A DNA stretch of 64,000 nucleotides from Phoronis australis. Taxonomy: Eukaryota; Animalia; Phoronida. The stretch covers positions 456,413 to 520,412 of the forward strand of contig NMRA01000125.1 of assembly GCA_002633005.1 (NCBI GenBank), given 5' to 3'. Positions 1 through 12,618 of the stretch are shown one piece after another. The position numbers were made by a program, and so were the translations under genes. Numbering within the stretch: the first letter of the stretch is position 1; each line of letters starts with the position of its first letter. Below the pieces are notes generated by a model. It saw nothing but the letters and a program-made list of their open reading frames with translations. It was not told where the DNA came from and ran no database searches.

Positions 1-759
1 GATAAACTAATTGTACACCATTTAAGCCAGTGAGTGAGTGCATCTCTGGCAACCTAAGTCATAAAAAGAATGACTCCTGGAAATTAACCATAGTTGGAAA
101 ATGAACCTCTACGTAGATGTTTCGCACCATCAAAGTGAGCCAATTTGCAATGAATTAAATCAGAAAGGTATTATTTTGTCATTAATTTTGTCAGAAAAGG
201 CACCCTTTCTTCAAAGGAAAACTGTTCGTAAAACGTCACTTTTTTGAGTGTGACGTCCTGAATACCTCTTCCAAACAAGGGCTATCAGTACCCCTTTGAT
301 TATAGGTTAGCTTCCTTTTAAAGGGTGAACTGTTAACTCCGTTCACAAACTGAAAATTTCATAAGAAGCAAAATACCAGTAGTGTGAACAAGACCCACTT
401 ACTGACACTTTGTTGCATCATATAGGAAAATACCACCTTTTCATCAAGTTATCAGGTAGTTTCAAACACAAAAGCCAACCTGTACAGTCTACAATTTACA
501 ATCACGCACAATTTTGCAAACTCATAATCACACGTTGATTGCAACTACAATGTGTGACACTGTATTCCCAAGAATATTTTTTCTATAAAATGTGACACCG
601 TATTTCCAAAAATATTTTTTTTATAAAGTGCCAAACAATATTCCCAAAATATTTTTCCAGAAATTTTGTTTACATTACAGCATTCAGTTGACCAACACAG
701 GAGCCCCATTCTGTATACATTACCCCCAAACACAAGATCACTAAGTCTTCCTAAATTAT

Positions 760-1440
760 CACCATTCATTTCAAGTCAAGCACATGATTACATCATCTTT
801 ACTACAGAGATTCTTGCATCTCAGGTCCAGGGCAGACTGGGCAAGAATACTACCAAGAAATCATTCTTGCCATAAGTTGCTGGCCTCCACAGTTTAAGAC
901 ACATTCATCTTGCATGTAATCTGAGTGACTGGGGTCAACAGATAAGACATTTATGACCTGCAATAGGGTACATTATATAACCCCACAGTCCCTGTTGACA
1001 AATATCCCAATTCTTTTAAAACAGGATGTGGCACTGTAAACAAATTACAGCTGGGTTACTGAATGAACAATAGACCAACTGGAAACCACAGGTTGACAAA
1101 CTCCAACCATCAGCAGATAACAATCCACATGTTTCATGCAAGACAGAACATGACCAAGAAAGTGTAATTTTTCTTTGCTGTAATGGTGCCAGACCTAGCT
1201 GATCACACACTGGGACACATGGAATTCACTACCTGAGAGTCTTGGCAAGCTATAGTGCCTTGGTATACAGCTGAGAATGTTTGGAAAGCTAAAATAATGT
1301 AGTGTAATATAATACAGGAATGCCAGCAACATCATGTCAGACCACAGTTGAAGGCAGTAGTTCAAGCATGACATTTGGCTCATTTTGATAGCTAGACAAA
1401 CAATTGTATGTAGCCTGCACCAGGAGTACAAAATGATTCA
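760..1440 (-). mobile_element. Heavily decayed LINE (RTE/L2-like) ORF2 3' fragment
   Basis: Minus strand near 1150-1180 reads QQRK/LHFLGHVL across a frameshift, resembling the R-x-L-x-F/W-x-GHV motif near the C-terminus of non-LTR ORF2. The rest is broken by stops; boundaries approximate. Confidence 0.3.
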
Positions 1441-2515
1441 GCTTCAAGTGAGGATGCAGTAGTGACTGGGATGCTGGGGGATGTCGGCCCGTCCCTTTTT
1501 TACAGTCAGGAGGCGTGTCACCTAAGCCAAAAACATTTCACACCTCTTTAATGTGGTCTAAATTTAATAAAGATAAGTTCATTTCAAGTTATCAATATTT
1601 CATTCTCCACAAAAAACTTGTCCCATTGAAGCTCTAAATAACAACAGTGGTCACTGTCCCCTGAATATGACATTTGTCCTGTACAGCATCATTATACTAT
1701 GCAAGACTGTTGCCCAAGACAAGCTCTAGGGGTCAGTGTCCGTAAAAATAACATTTGCCCTGCACATCATTTTAATTTGATATATGTTGTTTGACCACAA
1801 CTTGCACTTTGATGGGCAACTGACCGATAGAACAAGTTGGATCATGGGTACATACTCTAGAACACTGAAATGGCAGTCTGACGTGAAAACGTGAGATCGT
1901 GCAAGTGAAAGGTGAGTTTTCCATGGCTATGATAGGTAACTTACAGTAAAATTACGCCACATTAGGACAAAGAATAACGGCCAAAATTGATAAACTTCAT
2001 TTTTCAAACTAGAGGCTTTTAACATTGACCATAATTTAGTAAACTATTGTCTGACGAACTTGACAATGATGAATCTTTTAGTTTTGCTGTTTTTCTTTAA
2101 CGAAAGAAGTGAAAACATTAAATTTTCCATGTTTACCCTGTTGTGTCCTAAATTGGCCAGATTTTACCGTACCATTGATATACACGAGTAAGATGGCCGC
2201 CACTGACGTGACTGAGCAGACACATCAGTACGTTGAACTATGAGAGAAAAGTGCATGTAAATGAAATACTATCATTAGCACACCCGCATACTTTGTTTAC
2301 CAATTTCCATTTTATGTCAATCCAAGATTTTTTGCGAGGGTCTCACAAGCGCCCAGGATTAGGGTTGAAACACCACTGGCACAACCAGTAATGACGATGG
2401 AAACAGGTGATAAGTGCTGCGGTCTTAAAGCAAAAATGAATGTTCTTCTAACTCCTGCATTACACAACTCAATGAATAAAGCCTAGCCTACGGCTGTGAT
2501 TGTAATAAAGAAATG

Positions 2516-3320
2516 ACAGACGAAAGATCCTAGAAAAATGTCCAAAACTGGCTAACTTCGGAATATCATACAGGGCCTGGCTCACCTGAGGGGAAAGGTG
2601 CCTGTGCGGCTTTGCCTAATCCGAGATTTTTGGATAAGGGGAAAAATTCCCACCCCTAATCACCACCAGCTCCAACCCCAGGTCACCACCGCCCCTCATC
2701 AGCAATGCCTTAAATAGCCAAAATTCAAATTTCTATTTAAAGTGATTCTAAATTTGAGACCAGTTTTTAAATCGTGGGAGGTTAATTTTTGGGCCTAACC
2801 AGGGAAATTTCATGATTTTTAAACATCTTTTGACAGGTGAAAAATTGAGGGTTCAAGGGCCCTGCCATATCCCAGAAATGGACGCACAGATTCATATGAA
2901 ACTTTTAGGTACTGCATTTCATGCGCTACTCTAAAAAAAACCTGTGCTGAATTGTTCGCAGTGTTTCCCTTTGACATAAGTGGCTATTAAATATTGAAAC
3001 TTTTAGAATTTTAACAAAAAGAAATTATGTTGCATGAAACACAAATGAAAGGATAATTTAGAACACTGTGAACAGAGTTTTTGAGATTTCATTTTGAAGA
3101 GTTACGTCAAACAAAATGTGGTTTTGTTGTTGATACCATCATTTTGCACCGAATGTAACTTTCTTTTTGGATACATTTCACCCAATTAATGATGGATGGG
3201 TATAAAATTAAAAATCAAATTATACCAGTAAGCTTTCTACTTCCAGAAAATACATTTAAATAAATTTTACAATTCTAATTTGGCTCAGTGCACCAACTTG
3301 TCGATGAGGTGCCACTTAAA
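2516..3320. mobile_element. Non-autonomous DNA transposon, dispersed family A (Kolobok-like by inference)
   Basis: Shares blocks (e.g. CCCAATTAATG...AAAAATCAAATT...GCTTTCTACTTCCAGAAAATAC) with copies at 14.7-15.3, 48.5-49.0 and 56.1-57.9 kb. Ends at ...CACTTAA. Boundaries approximate; contains an unrelated insert. Confidence 0.5.
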
Positions 3321-4310
3321 GTCAAACCTGCTGTCAAACAAAGTTTTGAGGAAGCACTTCACTTGACAACTTGGTATCTAACCACACTCAGAGGATATCA
3401 GTACCTAAAATGATCAAAGTTTTGTAGATCAAATTATGTCGCTTCAGAAACGGCCACTTGAGATATTCTGTACTTCTGGGCAGGAAAAAACTTGCAGAAG
3501 TACACGGATACCATAAGATCTGAAGCACTTTTAAAGTACGAAATAAATGCAATGCTTAATGCTTGGCAATGTTAACTTGCCAAATGTAATCAAGCAAAAT
3601 TCAAATGGGGACTGAGGTCGCCAAACCTTGCTGAAAACAGCCAAATAAGAAGTACATGAATGGAAATATGGCAAGCACTCTGCAAGTGCCCGCCAGTGAC
3701 TGCATGGACGACAGAGGGTTTTTTGCTCGAATGGAAAATAAGGAGTGTTTCGTGTGCAGGACATGTCACCTGAGCATGACTCGTAAACGGGCCCTTCCAA
3801 TTTTTTGCGAAAGGATTTTGACTCCCGTCTGTTTATCTTCTGTTGCATTTTGAGTGCCTCAAAAGCTTGGATACATGTGTGTGGCCAAACTGGCAACTTC
3901 ATAGGACCTGGGGGTATTTACCAGGTTGTCAAACAAAATCCACAGGTTACCAATTATTAAGCTCTGAAATGAAATTACACAACCTTCTGAAATTTCTACA
4001 ATCTGGAAACAAGAATGTACTACCATTTGAGACACTGTTCATACATAGCATATCTGGCATGATGCAACCGTTTCTTAGCTGAAAAGCAGTTATGGCAAAT
4101 GTCCACTTATTTTGCACAACAATCACCAAAATTACCACTTTTCATTTTTTCAAATGCTGATTAGTTTGCTGCAAACAATGGAAACTTTACCAAGTGTTGT
4201 TTTTAACATCTACACAGCCAGTTTAAATCGTGCCATTAACAGAATGAAATCTTAACATTCATTTTTCTGAAAACAATTGATGAAATAAAATTTCACAAGT
4301 CAGTATCTCT

Positions 4311-4600
4311 GGGGCCAGTTTATTGAACTGTGACTTATGATTTAAGTCAGAAATTTGCACTGGTGCTCATATGTCAGAGATACTCTATAAAAGTTTAGCC
4401 ATGTCTAATTATCAGCACATCATAGCCTTGAGATAACTCATACTAAGTACCTCAGTAACTATGTAGCAATTAAGAGCAAATTCGCAGAGACTTGTTTTTT
4501 TGCTACCGAGAGATTTGATTGTTTTTCAGAAATAGTTGTGCGGAAGATAAGACCAAATTTCTGACTTGAGCCTCAAGTTCCTTTTCAAAGTATGTGAAAC
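4311..4600. mobile_element. PIF/Harbinger-like MITE (family B), decayed copy
   Basis: Starts GGGGCCAGTTTATTGAA-GTGACTTA...CAGAAATTTG and has an internal inverted AGACCAAATTTCTGACTTGAG, matching copies at 21.2, 30.4 and 39.5 kb. Confidence 0.45.
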
Positions 4601-5743
4601 CAACGCGACTTCACGGTTGTATGAAATAATCCCAAATAGGGATTCAACTAAGTTCCCTAAATCTTCTGTGTATCTTTGTCATTGTTTACATAAAAATCTT
4701 ATATTTTTCTGTCATTTATCTTTATTGTGAGCTCTTCTTTGACTATGGACACTTTCTAATAATTGAAACATGGATTTCAGTAAAATAAATTGCAACTTAG
4801 CCCCTAAAACAGGGGTGTTGCATAAAAAGATCCGTATTTATTTTCAAACAATATTGAGAACTCAACACGTAGAATTTACTCACGGTGCTCTCAGTGCTTG
4901 CACAAGTCTACAAATGTGGTGAAAAGTGGATTTCATAGGGCCACAGACCTACATCTACAATACTGCAAAAACTGGGGAGAATATACACTGGACTTTCAAG
5001 AGTTTCCAGGATACAGATATGTGCTCAGTTGTAGTAGAAATGAGCACCATGGGTAATTTACATAGAGTAAGTAAAACAAGCAGCTTGATATAGCACAGAG
5101 AAATGCTAACCAGATCAGACCTCAACATTGGCTTCAGGAAGGCAATGTTTATATCAAGATGTATTTCACTAATAACAGACTTCCACTAATAACTAAGAGA
5201 CTAAATCCTGTTGCCTAAGGAACGAAAATTAGTATTGGCAATTTGGAATTAGGCCCTACAAGAAATAGGTTTTGCTTGATACTTATTACATTAAGGTTTC
5301 TTCAAATTACCTTAGTTTCAACAAAATTTTCAACAAGAGTAAATGAGAAAACAATTTTTCTTATTATTTAAAAGCTTTGTATATTTTGGCAGTCATCAAC
5401 AAACAATGGTGAAAGTTTGAGCATTTTTGGCAAAATATCGAGCATTGGAAAGATGATTTTGGTTATTGCTTTTGTTCCAATTGGAGGAAACTTTACCAAA
5501 TTTCAACAGTATAAAAGACTAATAACTAATCGCATATGGTATAAGAATCAATGAAAAATCATTGATCATCCTGACTTTCTAATGATATCTCACATGTTTC
5601 AATGTCCGTTTATAAAATCCAACACTTGAAAGTTCATTTTGTCAATGTTCTCAACAAAAATGACATGCAAAAAGATCTTCGGAAGTTCATACAGGCACCA
5701 AAGAGCTGAACATTCTATATCTCTTGCGTTGAGTAGAACTTAA

Positions 5744-6639
5744 AGGCGAAGGCAACCTTTTTCATGTCTTTATTAGCAAAAATAAGGTTCGTTGGTTATC
5801 CCAGACATATTTTCCACTTAATTACAGCTTTTCGTAATTTAGTTAATTACTCGTTCTCTACTCCGGAAGTGACATTTTGGGAGGCAAGAACTTCGCGCCA
5901 ATTTCTTTTCATATAGTCTGACTATCAGAGCTGCCGACTCAGTCATTGTTCTATCTCGGTTGTGATAAGTTCGGTCGTCGTTTGATATTGTTTACGAGTC
6001 ACTCAACATGCCACAGTGTTGCTGCATACCAGGATGTACTCATTATCGTCTCACGGACAGAGGAACAACTGTCCCACTAGTGTACCGCGACACACTCCCA
6101 CTGGATAGTGACCTGAGCACTCAAACTGCTTACACCCCGCCGTGTGACTCCCTCGCCAGACACCTGGCACCTTCTAAATAGCTCCAATACTTTAGACAAG
6201 TCCACAATAAAATTATCAAAGTTTGGCTCACCGATCTGTTCATTGAACGACGAACTGTACTCTTCACTGACTGGACCTGTATTCACTCCCACTGATTACT
6301 CAACATCGCAGCAGGGCTGCTTACAGGCTTTGGGCCATAATGAGTACATCCCGGTACACAGCAACAGTGTGGCATGTTGACTGACTCGTAAATAAAAGCA
6401 AACGACGACCAAACTTATCACAACCGAGGTAGATCAATGACTGACTCGACAGCTTTCATAGTCAGACTATATGAAAATAAATTGGCGCTAAATTCTTGCC
6501 TCCCAAAATGTCACTTCCGGAGTAGAGAATGAATAATTAATTAAATTACGAAAAGCTGTAATTAAGTTGAAAATATGTCTGGGATAACCAGTGAACCTTA
6601 TTTTTGCTAAAACTGACATGAAAAAAGGTTGCCTTCGCC
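5744..6639. mobile_element. Non-autonomous Kolobok DNA transposon with about 300-bp inverted arms
   Basis: TTAA at 5740-5743 and 6640-6643; ends AGGCGAAGG...CCTTCGCC (RR..YY). Arms 5744-6046 and 6337-6639 are near-identical inverted copies, each containing a THAP-like start (MPQCCCIPGC / MPHCCCVPGC). The centre (ORF 6077-6292 -) reads FIVDLSKVLELFRRCQVSG...VTIQWEC, like Kolobok transposase N-terminal segments. Confidence 0.75.
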
Positions 6640-8414
6640 TTAAGGTCAAAGGGCAGTGACAACATCCACTTATTTGTCAACACATCTATAAATTTGGAGT
6701 TTTTCCAACTACAGCATTCTTTTTCAGTAAATAACTTGCAGCTTGCTCCACTTAAGTCCCATACCTTTCAAACCAAAGTCAAAAATAGCTGCCCCGGGGT
6801 CAACTTGCTCTATGTCAGTTGTGTTTACACACACACACTTGCACCTGATCAGCAGTTCCGTGTAAGTTACTCTGTGTCACCTGTCTCTCGTGTAAATGCA
6901 ACTTTAGAGATTCACAACAAAATTTTTTTCAGTTAAAATACATTAAAAGAGCCTTCATGGTCAGTTTATGTGTCAATTTTTAACATTGGAAGAAAGTAAT
7001 TTGTCAGTTCTAAGTTGATGACACTTTTGTGGTCAATTTATCTAACCATGAGGAGTAGCTTTAGAAATACCAAACATCACCTCAGGGGATGTACAACATG
7101 CCTAGTTTTCACTGTACAGTAAAAATGCACTTCAATCACACACTCACTGAATGAGTACCTATCGTAGTCTTCATTATAGTGATTGCATGGGTCACTGAAG
7201 TCCATATGGCCAGAGGGTCCCCTGAAGATCAATTTCTGTCACACTTACATTCAATCACATCCAGTGATCAGCCACAAGCTACACATTCAACAACCAAAAG
7301 GGAGTGACCCGTTTTTCATGTCACACCAATCAGTCAAGATCAGATTCAGTTTTTCTGCCTTTGGTTACCAAGACTGACATGAGATAGTAGCATGCGATTT
7401 ATAAATAAGACACTACCATCTAATCTTAACTAGACCAGCCTATAGCTAAATACATCTGACATTGAGAAAGAAACAAATTCCCATAACCCTTCACAATACC
7501 TTTGAAGGCAAGGCTAACAATGTTCTTAAATGCAAACTCACTACGTTTTTTTAAGTGGCTATAAACCCCAGTTCCACCCAAAACACTGAACTTTCAATTT
7601 CGACCACTTACTACAATGAAATTGGTTTCAACTCGTCCCTTCTTCAGATGAGAAGCTCTTTCTAGGTTAGCAATGAACAGACAATTTAATTCCTTCAGAC
7701 CAAGCTCAGCACATAAAATGAAATGTCACATTGGAGATATACCTTGACCTCAAAAACCCAGTTACCAGCTGAATGATTGGGTCATAAATTCATGTGCCTG
7801 GCCCAAAGTTGGGTTTCAAAGTTTTTTAAGTGTGCTTTTTAGGAGTCAAAAGTCCCATTTCGCATTGGCACAGCCTACAGACTTGCTGCCATACGTTGAA
7901 TCATTTTATAATGCAGATATCGCCAGGTTCTCTTATGATACTGATGGTTACTTTCGATTCAATCCTTGCTTGTCAGGTTAATTCATTTTTCTCAACTACC
8001 ACTTGTACAGGATCAATGTTAGCAACTTCAGCAGAAAAAAAATTAACAGCGTCAAACTTTTAGTTCTTTTCAGTTCAACGCTTTCTGGAGACAACAGTGC
8101 TCATTAAGCACTCCAATGTTCCTTGCTGCGGAAAGTTGTTAGGCCTAAATAAGATAAGATTTCAGCTAGTCAATGACCTTCACCTTGACCTGTTTATTTA
8201 TTCAGTACCTCAACAATATTCTTCAAAAGATACAAATAAGTAGTAACTTTGTAAAGACAATTACCTGTGAAAATTGGAAATATGAATCGAATCAACATGG
8301 GCCTTGTCATTGCGATATCGAAATCGGTTTCTCCATTCAATAACAATTACAACCGCCACACCCTTAGTGCTCTGCGACTCTGAGTTGCTGTCTATTCCAT
8401 AGCAGTCTTTTAAG

Positions 8415-8668
8415 TAGGCAATGACTATCGCCTCTGTTGCTCGAACAAGAAGTTTGATAACGGAAGTATTTGTTCGAGTTGGAAGGAATTAAACACATCG
8501 ACAACCTCCTAAGGTGTTCCTCTATGTGTAAAAGGTATTTATAACAACGTGACTTTGATGTTTTAGTCGGTGCGAGGCATAATTCGCCGAAAAGCTTCTG
8601 GCGTACGGAGCGCCTATAAGAGCTGCATCGCCTCTGGTTGGGCCAACAGAGGCGATGGTCATTGCCTA
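8415..8668. mobile_element. MITE with 25-bp TIRs and 9-bp TSD (Mutator-like)
   Basis: TIRs TAGGCAATGACTATCGCCTCTGTTG / CAACAGAGGCGATGGTCATTGCCTA; direct repeat TCTTTTAAG at 8406-8414 and 8669-8677. Confidence 0.75.
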
Positions 8669-9426
8669 TCTTTTAAGTAGCCTTGATACAAAGCTGTATA
8701 CAATAGTCTTCATACAGCTAGCTGTTTGGCTATCCTTTAACCTTCATATTCCACATAAGTAGAAAAGGTTGGGCATTCAAACAGTTTCCCATCATGTTAG
8801 TCTGACAATGCTCGAAACTGTGGTACCAACCAAGTAAACATGCGTTCACACAAGACGAAATTTTCGGATAAACAAACTGGTTGTGGCACAGAATGAAAGT
8901 TCCTGTCACTCTAGGTAAGGCTGGTAAGGGTCATTTTCAACAATGAGAACCTGCTTAGGCTGCAGTCAGTACAGTGTCTGACATAACAGCAAGCACGGCT
9001 AAGAATCTAGAGGTTACTGTTTTGAAAATAACTGAAGTTGGCTTTGCTGGACCATCTACTCATTTACTTGTAGTCCTACAACTTCTAAAGAGTACACGTT
9101 GTAGACAGATCTACACTCTACAGGACTCGCCGGGGCTGATGTCTAAATCTCAAATGTCTACCATATCTTTCACGAATGCATAACAAACTTTGTGAATAGT
9201 GTGTAAAATGTGTATTTCAAAAGAAGGCGACCAGTTCCCATACCAGTGACAGTCGGACCGGAAAACCTGCGACTGTGAGCATGGAAGTGAATGAAACGAG
9301 AGATGAGTTCGGCGAGTGATCAATTTGTCCGGACAACAGAATTCACTCAGTTGTGGCGTTATCCGATTAAATACAACAAAATAATAAAATTTCATATGCT
9401 TGCTGTTCATGTGAGTTCATACGTAC

Positions 9427-9517
9427 CTCCATGGATTCCATAGACGACACTGATCACATGAAGTAACGTAAAGGTACAGACCATAAGTGTAACGCGTCCA
9501 CACCTCTCACCACCCAT
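9427..9517 (-). CDS. Putative first coding exon (signal peptide) of a secreted or membrane protein gene running toward the window start
   Basis: ATG at 9517 gives MGGERCGRVTLMVCTFTLLHVISVVYGIHG (basic N-region, hydrophobic core, VYG cleavage-like site), ending at donor G|GTACGT (phase 1). CpG-rich upstream region. Downstream exons not resolved. Confidence 0.5.
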
Positions 9518-9571
9518 ATTTATCACTGAAAAACCTCTGCAGTCACCGAAAGGAGGCGTGACTTTGTTTAT

Positions 9572-9598
9572 TCCACGTGACCAGGTGACTTCCGGGGC
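9572..9598 (-). promoter_or_regulatory. E-box (GGTCACGTGG) and ETS (CCGGAAGT) motifs upstream of the 9517 exon
   Basis: CCACGTGACC at 9573-9582 and ACTTCCGG at 9588-9595, about 55-80 bp upstream of the ATG. Confidence 0.4.
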
Positions 9599-10321
9599 AA
9601 ACAGTCGAAACAGCTCTCGAAACAGTCGAAACAAGCGAAGGTCAAGCGACGTATGTGACATATGTCCAGTTAATACGACCACGCTATGTTAATTTCAGCG
9701 TGTAAAAGTAAGTTCCATGATGTCAGGTAACACCGTGGATTAGCATTATGGTAGGGCATTGGTCGGATTAGCGGTTGGTGAGAGAACCAGGCAAAAATGA
9801 ATTACTGAGCTAGGCGGTTTCAAATTCAGCCATCACATCACTGCCATCAGTAGGGAGGACAACGTTTTTTTAATTTTTTTTACAATACCCATGTGTCATA
9901 CATTTTTGAAAAGCCCTTTGTGTGAGAAATAAAATGGTGCAAAAATCAGAAAAATTGGATGAGTGGTTGACGAGAAAATGGCCGTTAAAACGCGACGATT
10001 ATGCGTAAAATATCTGCCTTTTTACATAATTTCGTAAAAAATAAAAGAATATACATGTGCTGCATATAAAAAGATTCGTCTCATTGAGACAAACATGGTG
10101 GTGTGTATTATATAAAATTTGGATCGATTTCTACAGAGATATTGCCGTTTAAGTGTCTTGTTATAGCATATAGAACAGGCTCATCATGTTTGATGAAAAC
10201 AATGGATTACACAGCTTAAAAGGTAAAGAGCAAAGACACCACATCAGCTCAGAAATAAATACATCTGAGCTAGGAGGAAATTTCACATCAAATCACAAGA
10301 TCACATTGGTGGATTTGGGGG

Positions 10322-10798
10322 NNNNNNNNNNNNNNNNNNNNNNNNNNNNNNNNNNNNNNNNNNNNNNNNNNNNNNNNNNNNNNNNNNNNNNNNNNNNNNN
10401 NNNNNNNNNNNNNNNNNNNNNNNNNNNNNNNNNNNNNNNNNNNNNNNNNNNNNNNNNNNNNNNNNNNNNNNNNNNNNNNNNNNNNNNNNNNNNNNNNNNN
10501 NNNNNNNNNNNNNNNNNNNNNNNNNNNNNNNNNNNNNNNNNNNNNNNNNNNNNNNNNNNNNNNNNNNNNNNNNNNNNNNNNNNNNNNNNNNNNNNNNNNN
10601 NNNNNNNNNNNNNNNNNNNNNNNNNNNNNNNNNNNNNNNNNNNNNNNNNNNNNNNNNNNNNNNNNNNNNNNNNNNNNNNNNNNNNNNNNNNNNNNNNNNN
10701 NNNNNNNNNNNNNNNNNNNNNNNNNNNNNNNNNNNNNNNNNNNNNNNNNNNNNNNNNNNNNNNNNNNNNNNNNNNNNNNNNNNNNNNNNNNNNNNNNN
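10322..10798. other. Assembly gap (run of N)
   Basis: Continuous n characters. Confidence 1.
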
Positions 10799-10854
10799 TG
10801 GAGCTCCTATTGGAGCTTCGTATGCCAGAAGCTTTTTGGTAGATTATGCCTCAC

Positions 10855-11085
10855 ACTGACTATAAAAACGTCACATTGTTATAAATACCTTTTGTGCTTA
10901 GAGGGACACCTTTGGAGGCAGTCGATGTATTTAATTCCTTCCACTTGAAGAAATACTCCCGTTATCAAACTTTCCTCGAGCAGTTCGTTGTTCAGCTCCC
11001 AAAATCAGTAACTCGCCATTTTTAACAGTGCGCGCGGCAGGTGGTATGACGTCATATCCCCTGACGTGCGCGCTGTAAAAATGGC
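10855..11085. mobile_element. Fold-back repeat (family C) fragment immediately upstream of TMEM180
   Basis: Colinear with 44729-44946 and inverted-similar to 8437-8555. Includes palindrome 11015-11085 centred on TGACGTCA (11047-11054). Confidence 0.6.
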
Positions 11086-11348
11086 CTTCTTGGGGTTAGG
11101 GTTGGTCCATGGCTCTGCCAAAGAAACGAACTTATGATTTTGACCGGTTATCTCTATAAAGTTGACCATGAGCTGTTCCTTGGTCAGGTGAGGAGAGATT
11201 ATTGGCGTACGAAAAACTGACAATTTGATTTTCGTGGTTAATCTCAAAAGGCCCAAGTAACTGGCTTAGCTGCTATGCAAGTAGAAAAATAAATTGTTGT
11301 ATTTGTCAAAAATTCACTGTGACTCAGTAACCAGGCTTCAGATAAAAG
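11015..11348 (+). promoter_or_regulatory. Putative TMEM180 promoter and non-coding first exon
   Basis: CpG-rich patch with CRE (TGACGTCA) and YY1-like AAAATGGC on both strands. Strong donor AAG|GTAAGG at 11348/11349 pairs with acceptor TTTCAG| at 11866, upstream of the ATG. Confidence 0.45.
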
Positions 11349-11944
11349 GTAAGGCATTGATTTACAGTATCTACCTTATAGCATATGAGGGTTAAATTCT
11401 GTAGTTGGTCATGTTTTAAGACAATGTACAGGTATCAGATATAACGTTATCATATCTTACCCCTTATTTCAGTGTGAAAATAAACACTGTACATACCCAT
11501 GGGAAACTAAGTCGCAAGCTCGTTGCATAGATATCGATAGATAGGCATATCCATTGTTCAATTTGTTTTTCTTTCTTATGATAATGGCAAGTATTTATCG
11601 GTAATGGGATGAAGTACTCCCAAGGTGCGATGTCCATGCAATCTACATTATTATGTCAAATAAAGATGCAACAAAGGAAAACAATGGAAGTGTCCCATAG
11701 GCGATAACCATGCAACACACTTATGCTCGGATCTCGCTAATTAAACAATACCTTGCGACATCCATACGACGTCATTTCGCATGAGTATTTTTGCCTTTGT
11801 ATATGTGCATGGTATATTTGAGAATTAGATATTCATTGACTTATTATGCTCTGCTTCTTCTTTCAGGGAGTTTCTTGTATCCATGCATGTATGAGAGCTG
11901 ACGAAAAGGGACTCCATAAAAGAAGTCTCCTGTAGCACCGAAGA

Positions 11945-12618
11945 ATGATGAGCGATTTGTCACGTGTCTCTGTTGCTGTAGGCGCGAGTTACGGATCACT
12001 CGCTCTCTTTATCTCCATATTGTATAATGTTTTTTTGTTGTATCATGTTGAGACATTCGTGTCGGTTTACAAAATTGACAAAGTCTCATTTTGGATAGGC
12101 GAAGTCATCTTTCTTATTTGGAACTCTTTTAATGATCCTTTGTTTGGTTGGCTTAGTGACAAGAAATACCTCAATTCTCACCCTGGCAACAAAACGGATA
12201 TTGTGCTGCGGAGACTGAATGCCATATTATTCAATGGTCCTCTTTACGCCATGTCGTTTCTGCTGTTTTGGGTCAGTTGGATTTGGCCCTCTGCGCAATT
12301 CGTCATTTCATTGTGTGTCTTCGACGGCTTCCTATCCGTCATCAGCTTACATACCCACGCCCTTCTCGCCGATCTCGCTGTATGTGCCAAGACCAGGACT
12401 GTGCTGAGCTCATATTCTTCGGCCTTTAGCGCAATAGGTACAGTGTCGGTGTTTCTTTCCTATGCTATCTGGAACAGGACTAACATGTTTTCATTCCAAA
12501 TCTTTTGTGGTGTCTTGGCTGTAATCTCAATCGTAGGGTTCGTGGTGGCATGTGCTGTGCTGAAAAGAAACCGTGGTTCGACGTTGGAGTCCACATCACA
12601 TAATTTGTCCTTACAAAG
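11945..12618 (+). CDS. TMEM180: TMEM180/MFSD13A coding exon 1
   Basis: MMSDLSRVSV...WNSFNDPLFGWLSD...; donor AAG|GTATGG (phase 2). Confidence 0.93.

Noticed and set aside
3947-8270. Candidate second exons for the 9517 gene (near 4025-4078, 4884-4950, 7158-7221, 8209-8264)
   Set aside because: Each has plausible splice words but no recognisable protein and no consistent downstream chain.
10186-10842. 218-aa ORF in the ORF track
   Set aside because: Open only because it runs through the N gap.
11005-11019. AAAATGGCG on the minus strand as a start codon for the left-hand gene
   Set aside because: Reads MASY then stop, and it is one arm of the repeat-derived palindrome.
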